A stretch of 64,000 nt of DNA from an uncultured Candidatus Woesearchaeota archaeon (GCA_903864915.1 CAIPHS010000007.1:15146-79145); one strand, 5' to 3'. Positions 28,711 to 39,210 are shown, counted from the first letter of the stretch. The notes: generated from the letters alone by a model not told the origin. Program-made: numbers and translations.

Positions 28711-30414
28711 ATGCGTTACGAGCTGCTGGCGGACACTTATGGCGAGCTTGAGTCCACTACAAAGAAGCTTGCAAAGACAGAAATCGTTTCTAAGCTGATA
28801 AAGAAAACACCCATAGAAAATTTAGAGGAGGTTGTCATGCTGTTAACCGGCAAAGTATTCCCGCCATGGGCGGAGCATGAAATCGGTGTTGCAAACCAGA
28901 TGATGATCAAAGCTATCGCAAAAGCGACTGGCGCTTCTGACAAGGAAGTCGTTGATAAGTTCAGAAAAAGCGGCGATTTGGGATTGACAGCTGAAGCCTT
29001 CACAGAAAAGAAAAGGCAAAGGACTCTTGGCAGCGAGGAACTGACAGTTAAGAAAGTCTTTGCCAATTTCAGGGAAATCGCGGAGCAGAGTGGCTCTGGT
29101 TCCCAAGACAGGAAGCTAGGACTTCTTGCAGAATTATTATCATCAGCAAAACCAAAGGAAGCACTTTACATCGCGAGGACTGTTCTGGAACAACTAAGGG
29201 TTGGCGTCGCTGAAGGCTTGATAAGAAACGCCATTGCACAGGCCTTCGAACTGAAACCTGAGGATGTTGAGAATGCCTGGAACTTTTTGCCCGATTATGG
29301 CGAGATTGCAAAGATTGCAAAGGAAAAAGGCGCGAAAGGCCTGCAAAAGATCGATTTGAAACTTGGCACGCCATGCAATGTGCTGCTTGCAGAGAAAGCA
29401 CCTGACCTGAAGACTGCTATCGAGTCTTTTGAGCATGTCCTCCTGCAGTACAAATACGATGGCATGCGCTCATTGATTCACAAGAAAGGTGAAAAGATTT
29501 GGATATTTACGAGGAGGCTGGAAGATGTTACAAAAGCTTTCCCGGAAATCGCTGATTATGCAAAAAAGGCATTGAAAGCAAAAGAAATTATTATTGACGG
29601 GGAAACGCTGGCTCTCGACGCCAAGACCGGCAGGCCAATACCATTCCAAAAGCTTTCTACTAGAATAAAGAGAAAATACGACGTTGAAAAAGCGATGAAA
29701 GAAATTCCAGTCCAGATAAATGTATTTGATATTCTGTATTTGGATGGCAAGACTTTGTTTGACAAGACGCAAAGGGAAAGATTTGAAATTTTGAAGGAAG
29801 AAGTTAAGGAAATCAAGGACAAATTCAGGATTGCTGATTCCCTAATCACAAAAGATTTGGAGAAAGCAGAAAAATACTACAAGGAATCCCTGGCTGCAGG
29901 CCACGAAGGTCTGATTGTAAAGAATCTGGATTCGCTTTACATACCTGGCAGGTCTGTTGCCGGCGGCTGGCTGAAAATCAAACCAGTTATGGAGAACCTC
30001 GATTTAGTCATAGTTGGCGGCATGTGGGGGTCTGGAAAGAGGGCAGGCACAGTCGGCTCACTGATTCTGGGAATACGTGATGCGGATACAGGCAAATTCC
30101 TCGAATGCGGCATGCTGGGCACAGGCCTCAAGGAGAAAGAATCTGAGCAGGAAGGTTCAATTACGCTAAAAGAAATAACAAAGATGCTAAGACCTTTGAT
30201 AATATCGGAAGATGGCAATAACCTGAAGATAAAGCCGAAAATCGTGATTGAGGTTGGCTATCAGGAGATCCAAAAATCACCCACATACGCTTCCAACTAT
30301 GCCTTGAGATTCCCAAGATTTATCAGAATGAGGCCAGACAAGGCAGCTGAAGAAGCTGATGATACTGAGAGACTAAAGAAACTTTACGAAATGCAAAAAA
30401 TAACAAAAAAGTAG
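28711..30414 (+). CDS. lig: ATP-dependent DNA ligase
   Basis: KYDGMR adenylation motif I and downstream ligase motifs. 567 aa. Confidence 0.9.
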   Translation: MRYELLADTYGELESTTKKLAKTEIVSKLIKKTPIENLEEVVMLLTGKVFPPWAEHEIGVANQMMIKAIAKATGASDKEVVDKFRKSGDLGLTAEAFTEKKRQRTLGSEELTVKKVFANFREIAEQSGSGSQDRKLGLLAELLSSAKPKEALYIARTVLEQLRVGVAEGLIRNAIAQAFELKPEDVENAWNFLPDYGEIAKIAKEKGAKGLQKIDLKLGTPCNVLLAEKAPDLKTAIESFEHVLLQYKYDGMRSLIHKKGEKIWIFTRRLEDVTKAFPEIADYAKKALKAKEIIIDGETLALDAKTGRPIPFQKLSTRIKRKYDVEKAMKEIPVQINVFDILYLDGKTLFDKTQRERFEILKEEVKEIKDKFRIADSLITKDLEKAEKYYKESLAAGHEGLIVKNLDSLYIPGRSVAGGWLKIKPVMENLDLVIVGGMWGSGKRAGTVGSLILGIRDADTGKFLECGMLGTGLKEKESEQEGSITLKEITKMLRPLIISEDGNNLKIKPKIVIEVGYQEIQKSPTYASNYALRFPRFIRMRPDKAAEEADDTERLKKLYEMQKITKK

Positions 30415-30903
30415 TTAATATTCATCATTAGCATCCAATCTATTTTCTAAGTTCGGGTCTACTGGGCTTTCCATAAGACGGTTGATATAAAATTCATCCA
30501 GCCCGAGCACGTCCTCTCTTTCAAATTCGCTTAGCTGGTCAATCGTCAAGATTTGCCAGCCATATGTGCGCATTGCTGTTATCGCAGTTCTTTCTAGATG
30601 CTTATCAATTGCCGACAGAGACTTGTAACGGACAAATAAACCAATGATTTCATCAGCACGCTCCTCAGCGTAAAGTCTTCCGATGTCTTTGCTAAATTTA
30701 TTTCTTTTGCCACAAATCGTCAAACCTTTGGCATAATAATGCTTGCTGATTCCATCATCATCCGTGACTGTTAGTTCTTTCAAACAAATAGTTTTTCTCG
30801 GCACGTTTGTCTCTAATTCGCCGATGCCTAAGTGCTTAACTTGCTTACATTTCTTATGCTCGTAATAGAAATTTTCTCTTGTGATTTTATAGTCTGCCAT
30901 CAT
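30415..30903 (-). CDS. hypothetical protein
   Basis: Intact ORF. Confidence 0.4.
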   Translation of the reverse strand: MMADYKITRENFYYEHKKCKQVKHLGIGELETNVPRKTICLKELTVTDDDGISKHYYAKGLTICGKRNKFSKDIGRLYAEERADEIIGLFVRYKSLSAIDKHLERTAITAMRTYGWQILTIDQLSEFEREDVLGLDEFYINRLMESPVDPNLENRLDANDEY

Positions 30904-30935
30904 GCATCAAAAATAAGAAAGTAATATAAAGTGTT

Positions 30936-31610
30936 CTATTTCGCAACTAGTTTGGCTTTTTTAATGATAAAAATGCCCGAATCTTCCTTTGCTTTTATTT
31001 CTGATTCTAAAATCTCAATCTTTTTGTTGAAAAAGGGCGCATCTAACACAGTGGTTTCAATCTCCCCACCCTCTCCTGCAGGATTAATCTTGTATTTTTC
31101 TTTTAATGAAACTAGTTTGTCAATCATTTTCCTGTCAAGCTCTTTTCCAAGCAAACTTTTATCCAAACCGTACGCAAAAACCCCGGAAATTATGACTTTG
31201 AATTTATGTTCAATTAATTCGTTCAGCAATTCTTCCTGGTCTTTATGCCACAACGGATTAACACATTTCAATTTCAAGTCGTCACAGATTTTTTGTATCC
31301 TGTCTGCCTGATATTTTGATTCTATAGCGCCTGTGACGATACCAGCAAGCTTGAATTTTTCTTTCGCCTCTTTTATCACAGTTTTCAAATCTTCCAGCTC
31401 TTTCTCTTTCTCGCCTTCTGTGGTTTTTTGCAGCAATGGCAGGCCAATTGCCTCTGCTTGTAATTCAACCATGTGTATGTTTGGCGTGTGGAACATGAAG
31501 CTCTCTTTATTTTTTGAAATAATAGAAATCAGGCAAACCACATTATGCTTCTCTTTGAGTAAAGCATAGTTAGAATCTTTCCCGCCAGAATACAAAACAC
31601 CAAGCCTCAT
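30936..31610 (-). CDS. PP-loop ATP pyrophosphatase, diphthine-ammonia ligase (Dph6/MJ0570) family
   Basis: LYSGGKDSNYAL PP-loop. EGGEIETTVLD. Confidence 0.7.
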   Translation of the reverse strand: MRLGVLYSGGKDSNYALLKEKHNVVCLISIISKNKESFMFHTPNIHMVELQAEAIGLPLLQKTTEGEKEKELEDLKTVIKEAKEKFKLAGIVTGAIESKYQADRIQKICDDLKLKCVNPLWHKDQEELLNELIEHKFKVIISGVFAYGLDKSLLGKELDRKMIDKLVSLKEKYKINPAGEGGEIETTVLDAPFFNKKIEILESEIKAKEDSGIFIIKKAKLVAK

Positions 31611-32050
31611 TTCTGTTCTAAACTTACGTCTACTTCCTCATATTCCTTTCTAGTCTTTCTGAAAACCCTTGATGTGACTAGCAAATCCAGCTTTTCACCA
31701 ACCATTGTGTCATACAATTGGTAAAGGAAAAAATTAAACTCGCTTTTTGGAAGTTGGATTTCATAAAAAACAGACCCTTTTGCAATATCACTTTGGATAT
31801 TGTGCAGCTTGTCCGTAAGGTCTGCCATTGCCGGCAGCGGCTTGACCTGCTGCTTTCCTTTCTTCAGAAAAAATCTATCTGCATTTACTTGGCCATTGAA
31901 CGTTCCGCCAAGCTCGACTACTATATCCTTTACCCTATTAACAAGAGAAGGGTCCTGTGACAGGTACTCGTTTACCAAGAGGTAAGTTTCTCCATTTTCC
32001 ATTACCAAAGGATTCGCGAAAGCCATAAAAAGCTTATTCTGAAAGTCCAA
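31607..32050 (-). CDS. hypothetical protein
   Basis: ATGA overlap with the downstream gene. Confidence 0.4.
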   Translation of the reverse strand: MDFQNKLFMAFANPLVMENGETYLLVNEYLSQDPSLVNRVKDIVVELGGTFNGQVNADRFFLKKGKQQVKPLPAMADLTDKLHNIQSDIAKGSVFYEIQLPKSEFNFFLYQLYDTMVGEKLDLLVTSRVFRKTRKEYEEVDVSLEQK

Positions 32051-32193
32051 ACATGAAGCTGCTTGAAAAGCTTGGAATCGACAAACAAACCCTCATCGTG
32101 GGCATAATTTTCATAGTTTGCGTGATAGCCATGCTGGCATGGGCCATACATGCTGTTGATATATACAACGGAACTTTCCCATAATTATTTTCT

Positions 32194-32604
32194 ATGACCG
32201 ATACCGAGTATTGGGGCAAGATTAATCCGGAAAATGCCAAAGAGCTAGAAGGTATTCTTGATGATTTAGTTAAAGATGAGGGTCTTTGCTTGAAAATAAA
32301 GGGGAAAAGTTTTGTGCAAAAAGACGGCTCTGAACATGGGCTTTGCGAAGGTTATACGCTTGAATGGGAGCATAATGTCTGCTATTATTTAGGTAAAAAG
32401 AACCCAAAAATCAAGATATTGCTAAACTGGAGCACAATACCTCTTTGTAGTTTCGGTTCAATAGTCATGGATTACAAGGGTAATGTTAGTTATGAAAAGA
32501 AATGGTACCATTTCGGAGATGATTACCGTAAGAATGTCATAAGAACATCTCTTGAGGAGAAAGGCCTGTTGAAGACAAAGAAGCCAAATCTGGCAAAGTT
32601 TTAG
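32194..32604 (+). CDS. hypothetical protein
   Basis: Intact ORF. Confidence 0.4.
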   Translation: MTDTEYWGKINPENAKELEGILDDLVKDEGLCLKIKGKSFVQKDGSEHGLCEGYTLEWEHNVCYYLGKKNPKIKILLNWSTIPLCSFGSIVMDYKGNVSYEKKWYHFGDDYRKNVIRTSLEEKGLLKTKKPNLAKF

Positions 32605-32649
32605 CGCCAGCTGGCAAGATTTTTAAGACTATGTCGAGGGAAATCATTC

Positions 32650-33351
32650 ATGTCAGGAAAAGAGATTGACCTGGAATCTTCATTCAGAGACAGGTATGAT
32701 GTAGCCAGGCAAACATCGCTTGGAGGTTTCATGGTCGGCGTCCATTTTGTGCCCGACAAGTCATTTGATCTCGATTTAGACATACCACTGGCAAACCACA
32801 TCGCAACCATGCTGGATGCGAAAAACGGCAAAACCATAACCAAGAATCTTTCACAGGAGATCTGCGTTTTCAACGGCATAGACTCAAAAGCCATCGAAAA
32901 AAAGCCGCTCGAAATGGTCATCCTGGAAAGCCAGGCTGAAGTCCATTATTTCAGGGAGTTCAAGGAAAACGAACTCACCAAGTACAATCTGTTGGGCTTA
33001 TTTAATGCGGGCAAGGCCTTCACAGCCAGCCTCATGTATCCTGTTCAAAGAGCAAACAAAGACAAAGAGTCCTATCCTCTGGCTTTCAGATATGGCCTGC
33101 ACAACAAAGAAATAGAAGTATACTTCATGGGCGGAACAAAAAAACTGAAAGAGCTGCAAGTTGAGGCGAGAAAGGAAATATTCAGCATGGCTCAGGAACT
33201 TTACAACAAGGTCAACAGCAACGTAGAGCTGGAAATCAAGGAAGACAAAAGGCTCTTCAGGCTGAACGAAAACGAGGTTTATCAAAGCGGCTCATTGAAA
33301 ACAAGAGTTTACCCAAAACGCTGTGATTTGCCCCTTGATGCGCTGGATTAA
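32650..33351 (+). CDS. hypothetical protein
   Basis: Intact ORF. Confidence 0.4.
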   Translation: MSGKEIDLESSFRDRYDVARQTSLGGFMVGVHFVPDKSFDLDLDIPLANHIATMLDAKNGKTITKNLSQEICVFNGIDSKAIEKKPLEMVILESQAEVHYFREFKENELTKYNLLGLFNAGKAFTASLMYPVQRANKDKESYPLAFRYGLHNKEIEVYFMGGTKKLKELQVEARKEIFSMAQELYNKVNSNVELEIKEDKRLFRLNENEVYQSGSLKTRVYPKRCDLPLDALD

Positions 33352-33363
33352 GGAATAAGCACC

Positions 33364-33780
33364 ATGTCAACCCTAGAAGATTTATTTCCCAAAAAATGTT
33401 CTGGCTATGAACATTTTGGATTTGCAAAGGGAGCGAAATTACGCAAGGATACTGAGAGCATCAAAGTAATTGGCTCGCTTAAGGATTTCAAGCTGCCAGA
33501 CAAGCGAATCGAGATTATCATTACAGATACGAATAAGCTGGCAGATGCTGTTGAATATTTGCCCAAAGACATTCTGCTGGTATACGCAAAGCCTTTGCCC
33601 ATCAAGATAAGGGAAGACAAAGCTATTCGCTCTATCATCCGCAAGCCCATAACATATTGTGATGAAGCGGTTTTTGCAGAACCGGAGCAGTTCAAGGATG
33701 GTAGAAGGAATTTTGATCCCGTAACTTACGTTGGCAAAGTATATGTTGCTGTCTGCGCACCCTTAATCATATTGGGTTGA
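33364..33780 (+). CDS. hypothetical protein
   Basis: Intact ORF. Confidence 0.4.
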   Translation: MSTLEDLFPKKCSGYEHFGFAKGAKLRKDTESIKVIGSLKDFKLPDKRIEIIITDTNKLADAVEYLPKDILLVYAKPLPIKIREDKAIRSIIRKPITYCDEAVFAEPEQFKDGRRNFDPVTYVGKVYVAVCAPLIILG

Positions 33781-33820
33781 ATGAGTAAGGCGCAAAGCTT
33801 ATTAGTTTTGATTTTGGGGT

Positions 33821-34150
33821 TTGCTTATGTTATTCAAGAAAAAGGATGAAAAGCAGGAACCGCAGGTCATGCAAATCAACCTAGTTGATGTTGTCAAGCA
33901 GGCAGCTGTGCAGATGAAGTATGAGGAAATAGGCAGCTGGCTTGCAACCCACAAGACACCGTTGTTCTGGTGCCATGAAAAGGGATTTACTATTGTTGAC
34001 AAGGCCTTTATCGACAAGAGGCCCTGGGTAGGCAAGGCCATGAGCAAGCTGGTAAAGGAAATAGAGGATGCCAAGCTGCAGGCTGCGCAGCCACAGACAC
34101 CAGAAAAAACACCTAAAGAAGAGAATTCAGACCACGCTTACATTGGCTGA
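33821..34150 (+). CDS. hypothetical protein
   Basis: Intact ORF. Confidence 0.4.
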   Translation: MLMLFKKKDEKQEPQVMQINLVDVVKQAAVQMKYEEIGSWLATHKTPLFWCHEKGFTIVDKAFIDKRPWVGKAMSKLVKEIEDAKLQAAQPQTPEKTPKEENSDHAYIG

Positions 34151-34153
34151 TTC

Positions 34154-34567
34154 TTAGCGCCATGAATCAACAAGCGACTTATTTTGCTGTATTGCATATT
34201 TGATTTCTTTTACAAAATACACTTTGCCTGTCTCTAAACCTAATGATTTTGCAACGTAGGTATCTGTTCTGCGCTTATCAATGCTTGTATCATCAAAGCA
34301 TGCCGTTTTTCTAAACTCTTCTGTAAAACTAGTACAATTATCACAAATCTGGTCTGGAATATTCTTAACTAACATGATTTTCTGCTCCTCGTTTTTCAAA
34401 ATGCTTTCTAAGAATTTTATGTGCTGGCTTTCTATCGTTAAAGCCAACCTTTCCTGCGTCACTTGAACGCCATCTGAACGTGTGTGGATATAATACTGTG
34501 GGAATACGAGATAACTTAGTAATTTGAGGTGGTGTCCTCTTAGTTTGATTGTTTTTGGTGTTTCCAT
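34154..34567 (-). CDS. hypothetical protein
   Basis: Intact ORF, 2-nt gap to the upstream gene. Confidence 0.4.
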   Translation of the reverse strand: METPKTIKLRGHHLKLLSYLVFPQYYIHTRSDGVQVTQERLALTIESQHIKFLESILKNEEQKIMLVKNIPDQICDNCTSFTEEFRKTACFDDTSIDKRRTDTYVAKSLGLETGKVYFVKEIKYAIQQNKSLVDSWR

Positions 34568-34568
34568 A

Positions 34569-35564
34569 TTACACCGGCTGAGCTGCTTCTTTAGTTCTGT
34601 ACTCTTTCAGTTCTCCAAGTTTCTTGTGCATTTGGTACACGAGACTGATTGTTGCATGCACGCGATCTTTGCCCCATTTTTGCTCACTTCGAAGAAACTC
34701 ATTTGTTGTCTCTATGAGCGCAGTAGTATAATGAATACAAACGTCTTCGAGCGCTTTTCCGTAATCCCAATTTATACATTGTGGATTGAATGATATAGTG
34801 TGCTCTTCTCCTTTAGCATACTTTTCCACATCATCTTTGAAAATTTTCCAGGCACCATCATTCGGGTCAAATAGATTGAATGACACATACTTGTTTCCCT
34901 CGTAGCAATTCCATCTGTTCATTTTCGATATGACTTTATCTGCAAACCATAAATACGGCTCAACAGTGGACAGAAACTGCGCTTCAAATTTCTCGTTGAG
35001 CAATTTTCCACTGATTCTTTCTTTCGTAGCGGAAAGCAACGCTGTCCTAGCTGCTTCCCCATATACCATCTGTGCGCTTGATAGCCAAGAGTCGTAGAGA
35101 CTTTTAATCTCTGCTTGGAAATCAGTTCTATGCTCTCTTATATTGTTCTCAAGTTTTGTAAGCAATTCCCTCGGCTTACCGTTGTATGTTGCATCAAACA
35201 AAGACGTGATATTGGAAAGTAAATTTATTGTGCCAGTATCTTTCAGAAGTTTTGCTTTATCATTAGCCTCATTGAGTCTTTTCCTTTCCGCTTCAAATCC
35301 GTCTAAGCGCGTTATCGCAGTTTCCTGCGATAGTGCAAGCAATATTTCTTCAAGCAACCCAGAGACTTCAAGCTGAACTTTAGGTTTAGGCATGTATTCT
35401 AAATCTCCACCCGCAAGCCAAACGCCCAATTTATCGCAAGCTTTTGGGCTAAGTTTTTCTCCGGTCAGCTCTTCATAAACATCAATTATTTTTTTCTCTA
35501 CCATTTTAGGCAGCCATTGGCACATAATAGGACTTGTTCTGTTCGTCAAAAGAGTACACGCCAA
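34569..35564 (-). CDS. hypothetical protein (331 aa)
   Basis: Intact ORF. Overlaps the upstream HTH gene. Confidence 0.45.
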   Translation of the reverse strand: MACTLLTNRTSPIMCQWLPKMVEKKIIDVYEELTGEKLSPKACDKLGVWLAGGDLEYMPKPKVQLEVSGLLEEILLALSQETAITRLDGFEAERKRLNEANDKAKLLKDTGTINLLSNITSLFDATYNGKPRELLTKLENNIREHRTDFQAEIKSLYDSWLSSAQMVYGEAARTALLSATKERISGKLLNEKFEAQFLSTVEPYLWFADKVISKMNRWNCYEGNKYVSFNLFDPNDGAWKIFKDDVEKYAKGEEHTISFNPQCINWDYGKALEDVCIHYTTALIETTNEFLRSEQKWGKDRVHATISLVYQMHKKLGELKEYRTKEAAQPV

Positions 35565-35874
35565 GTTGAATTAGCAAATCAAGCTTGCCTTGCAAGTCCT
35601 TTGCATCAACGCCATTCAAATCCTGCTCTTCTCTTATTCTCGTGATTAGATTTTCAATAGTAAGCTGCTCGCCAGGCTTGATTACGCCTTTCATGAGGTA
35701 TGGAAGTTTGACTTTGGTCTGGTGACCTTTTGATTTCAAGCCATATTCCATGAAATAATGCATAATTGTTCTCTGGTCTACCCCTGCATACCTGGCAGCT
35801 TCCCTTACTGTCATGTTCTGCAGGCCAGCATCCTTGATTAGGCACTTCTTGGCTTCTGAAAGTTGTCGTGACAT
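35506..35874 (-). CDS. HTH DNA-binding protein (MerR/excisionase-like HTH)
   Basis: MTVREAARYAGVDQRTIMHYF HTH. Confidence 0.45.
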   Translation of the reverse strand: MSRQLSEAKKCLIKDAGLQNMTVREAARYAGVDQRTIMHYFMEYGLKSKGHQTKVKLPYLMKGVIKPGEQLTIENLITRIREEQDLNGVDAKDLQGKLDLLIQLGVYSFDEQNKSYYVPMAA

Positions 35875-36323
35875 GGGTTTCTATTGCCAAAAGGGCAATA
35901 TAAAGCTTGCTATATTGCAAATATAACTTTGGTAATCCGTTGGGATCTTAAGGGTGGAAAAAGGAAAAAATCTAACTGACGAGCGTCATTGTGGTAGTTG
36001 TGGGGTTGTTGGTTGTTGCTCTTGGGTTGGCTGAACTGGCTGTTGTTCAACTTTCTTTTTTCTTGGCATATCAAATCCACCTCCGGAATTTGGGCAAGTT
36101 TGGCAACTTAATAAAGATTTCTTTTGCCATAGTGAAAGTATCAGAAAGGCAAAGTTGGTGGCTTGCAGGTAGGGTCCAACTGCCAAATTGGGCACACTAT
36201 GGCAACTTTTACACTATAGTAAATTGATTTTCGTTTCCAGGTTTGAAACACCACCCCTTTATTTCCTATGGAGGGCGGTTTTTGCATTTCTTGCCATATG
36301 ATTGAAAAGATGTACAGATTTTG

Positions 36324-36351
36324 GAACAGCGTTTCAGGAACAGTGTTTCAT
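36324..36351 (+). repeat. tandem 14-nt direct repeat GGAACAGYGTTTCA x2 upstream of wHTH regulator gene
   Basis: Perfect tandem duplication with one mismatch. GTTTACGAAAC palindrome and a TATA-like run follow. Confidence 0.4.
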
Positions 36352-36437
36352 TTACTAACGAGCGTTCGGTTTACGAAACATTTATATTCAAGTACATCGT
36401 ATGAATAACTATTCCATGGTCAGCCCCGGCGAACGGA

Positions 36438-37001
36438 TTGGTAAGTTTGCCGGGAACCTCTGACCTTTTGTCAGGGCATATGGAAGAAAAAACACAATTA
36501 CTTGCTAGTCTTTTTGACAAGAAAACAGTCGAAGTTCTAAAACGATTAATGGTCAAGCCAGGGAATTTTTACATCAGGGACTTGTCCAAGGAATCTGGCG
36601 TTCCCCTGGCAACAACATTCAGGATCGTCCAGAAGCTTACGGCATTAAACCTAGTGCAGAAAAAGGAAATGGATAAGTTTGTTTTCTATAGCGTCAACAA
36701 AGAGGCATCAATCTACAATGAAGTTCATACGCTGGTCTTCGGGACAAGTTCTGACCCGATAGAACTGTTCAAGAAATCCCTGCACGAAAGATACTCCGGC
36801 GCATTCACAGCTTACCAGGACAAAGACAAAAAGATTTTTGTCGTGTCAGACCTATTGAAAGAAGCGGAAGTCGCCGAACTCGCGACCTTTGTTTACCAAA
36901 AGACAGAGGTAAAACCAAATTATATAATGATAACGCGAGAATTCTTCCAGAAGATGCAGGATATGGGCTTGATCCAGAAGGACAAGCTTCAAATAGGGTA
37001 A
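36438..37001 (+). CDS. winged-HTH transcriptional regulator
   Basis: FYIRDLSKESGVPLATTFRIVQKLTALNLV recognition helix region. Start may be the internal MEEKTQ. Confidence 0.55.
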   Translation: MVSLPGTSDLLSGHMEEKTQLLASLFDKKTVEVLKRLMVKPGNFYIRDLSKESGVPLATTFRIVQKLTALNLVQKKEMDKFVFYSVNKEASIYNEVHTLVFGTSSDPIELFKKSLHERYSGAFTAYQDKDKKIFVVSDLLKEAEVAELATFVYQKTEVKPNYIMITREFFQKMQDMGLIQKDKLQIG

Positions 37002-37365
37002 TAATGCAATAAAGAGAAAATATGTCAACGTTCAATATGCTTTGGCAGACGGTCAGGCACTGGTTAGACCACCAGATGTTCTTCATAGTCAACAAAATCA
37101 GGAAGCCGAAGGAAGTTCTTGTCATCGTTGCAAGGGCTCCGCCGAGACGAATGATGATGAACAAGTCATCAAGGCTTTATTGATAATTTTTGCAATAATC
37201 CTAAAATCAGACTGCTGCGGCATAAATTGTGTAACTAACAAATTACATTCTAGAATTTGACACCCCATAGTCTAAAATCGCACAACGTCGCTATATAGGG
37301 GCAAAACAAACGTAACATATATTAAGTAGTAAACCCCTAATTTTTTTAATAAGGGGGAAGGCCAC

Positions 37366-38172
37366 ATGATTGTAAATGAAGAGTTCTTGAACAAGCTACG
37401 CAGAGCCTTCGGGCTAAATTTGTACGAAGTAAAACTTTGGGCCGCACTTCTTTCCCGTGGTGTCTCGACTGCAGGAGAATTGTCCGACATCGCAGATGTG
37501 CCGCGCTCCAGAACTTACGATGTTCTTGAATCCCTGGAAAGGAAAGGATTCATCATTGTAAAGCCTGAGAAGCCAATAAAATACCTGGCGATTCCGCCGT
37601 CCGAAGTCCTCGACAGGGTCAGGAAGAGACTGACAGAAACAACTGACGAAAGATTGAAGAGACTCGGTGACTTGAAAGAGTCTGATGTCTTGAAAGAGCT
37701 TGGACAATTATACAAGCAGGGCATTGAACCTTTGCAGCCAACTGATTTTTCTGGCGCACTAAAAGGCAGGCATAACTTGTACGACCACATGGCTTACCTG
37801 ATCAAGGAAGCACAGAACCAGGTTTGCATCATGACCAGCGAGGAAGGACTAATCAGAAAAGTGCGTGCTCTGAAACCATTGCTCGAAAAAGCCAAAGGCA
37901 AGGGTGTGAAAATCAGGATTGCAGCACCTATTACTGAAAAGACAAAGGAATCCATTGACAAGCTTGATGGAATTGCTGAAGTCAAGAGCATAAAGGACAT
38001 GGATGCAAGGTTTGCTATTGTAGATGGCAAGCATGTCTTGTTTATGCTGATGGACGACAAGGATGTACACCCGACATATGATTTGGGAATGTGGGTACAT
38101 TCGCCATACTTCGCAACAGCAATGCAGGAAATGTTCGACACAAGCTGGAAGACAAAAGCCAACGGGAAGTAA
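37366..38172 (+). CDS. TrmB family transcriptional regulator
   Basis: LNLYEVKLWAALLSRGVSTAGELSDIADVPRSRTYDVLESLERKGFI. C-terminal TrmB effector domain. Confidence 0.8.
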   Translation: MIVNEEFLNKLRRAFGLNLYEVKLWAALLSRGVSTAGELSDIADVPRSRTYDVLESLERKGFIIVKPEKPIKYLAIPPSEVLDRVRKRLTETTDERLKRLGDLKESDVLKELGQLYKQGIEPLQPTDFSGALKGRHNLYDHMAYLIKEAQNQVCIMTSEEGLIRKVRALKPLLEKAKGKGVKIRIAAPITEKTKESIDKLDGIAEVKSIKDMDARFAIVDGKHVLFMLMDDKDVHPTYDLGMWVHSPYFATAMQEMFDTSWKTKANGK

Positions 38173-38196
38173 TTTCCCGTTTTTTAATTTTTTTAT

Positions 38197-39180
38197 TTAA
38201 TCCAGAAGATTTACTTTTATGCCCTTGTCATGCTTTGTTTTCATGCTTTTCAGAAGGCCCCTGTATTCTGCGCTGACTTCGCTAAGCCTGTAAACAACCC
38301 CTTCTTCAAGATATTCGGGGTCTACAAACCGCCACTTGTTTCTTGAATAAATCTGCGGGTTTTCCTCAACAAATTCATACTTTATTTTCCCCGACAACGT
38401 CTTCAGCAGGCCCAGAATCTCAGCATTCTTGCTTTTTTTCAATTTACTGATGACATAGCTGTCTGTCTCGTAAAAATCCTCTTTTGAAACGATTCTGTTA
38501 TCAAGCGCAATCCTCAAAGCCTGCGCAAACAAGTTCCACCGGATTTTCGGCTCTGGCCCGCTCCAGTGCTCCATCTGGCATTTCATATAACCAAATCCGA
38601 ATTTTTCCGCTGCTTTTTCTGAGGCAAAAATCAGTTTCCCGTCATAGGCAGTCAGATTATCAAGGCAAGGCCGGACCGCGCCCCTGTCAAACACAAAATC
38701 CCGTAGTGCATAATCTATCCTGTCCGCGCACAAGTCCGGGGCGTCCCTTTCCAGAAGCCCAAATTTATGCACATCAATAACACGTCCAGTATCAATGCCA
38801 TTTTTAGACAAAATCCGGGGAATTTCAGAGTTTAGGATGAATTTTTCATGGTTGTTATCCTGGAAATCCTCTTTTTCCATGTTGCCCATAACCAAATCAA
38901 TAAGATGTGAAAACGCGGTATGGGATGCGTCATGAGTGAGGCCTGCAATCTGCTCTTCAAGGCCAGCACCCATCTTTTTCAGCAAAAGCATCACACCTAC
39001 CGAATGAACATATCTGCTGAAACCTTTCATTGCATACAGGTCATCAGGCAAGCCATATTGGGCAATTCCCTTAAGCCTCTGTATCGATTTTGAATTTATC
39101 AACTCAACGAGAACGGGCTCTTCAATAGAACAGCACCCATAAACCGCATCCTTAACCTTCATAAAATTGCAGACTTGCAA
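38197..39180 (-). CDS. HD-domain phosphohydrolase
   Basis: RYVHSVGV...HDASHTAFSH HD motif. Confidence 0.65.
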   Translation of the reverse strand: MQVCNFMKVKDAVYGCCSIEEPVLVELINSKSIQRLKGIAQYGLPDDLYAMKGFSRYVHSVGVMLLLKKMGAGLEEQIAGLTHDASHTAFSHLIDLVMGNMEKEDFQDNNHEKFILNSEIPRILSKNGIDTGRVIDVHKFGLLERDAPDLCADRIDYALRDFVFDRGAVRPCLDNLTAYDGKLIFASEKAAEKFGFGYMKCQMEHWSGPEPKIRWNLFAQALRIALDNRIVSKEDFYETDSYVISKLKKSKNAEILGLLKTLSGKIKYEFVEENPQIYSRNKWRFVDPEYLEEGVVYRLSEVSAEYRGLLKSMKTKHDKGIKVNLLD

Positions 39181-39210
39181 AGTTTAATAAGGCTTTATTT
39201 TCTGCAAGAA

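Noticed and set aside
28737-30218. Multiple antisense ORFs inside the DNA ligase gene (for example 29069..29401, 29470..29772, 29937..30218)
   Set aside because: They overlap a confidently identified 567-aa ligase and are compositionally odd (R/S/P-rich). Spurious.
37022-37186. 54-aa plus-strand ORF (MSTFNMLWQTVRHW...) in the 37002..37365 intergenic region
   Set aside because: No SD or promoter-like context and an odd R/M-rich composition. Insufficient support to call a gene.
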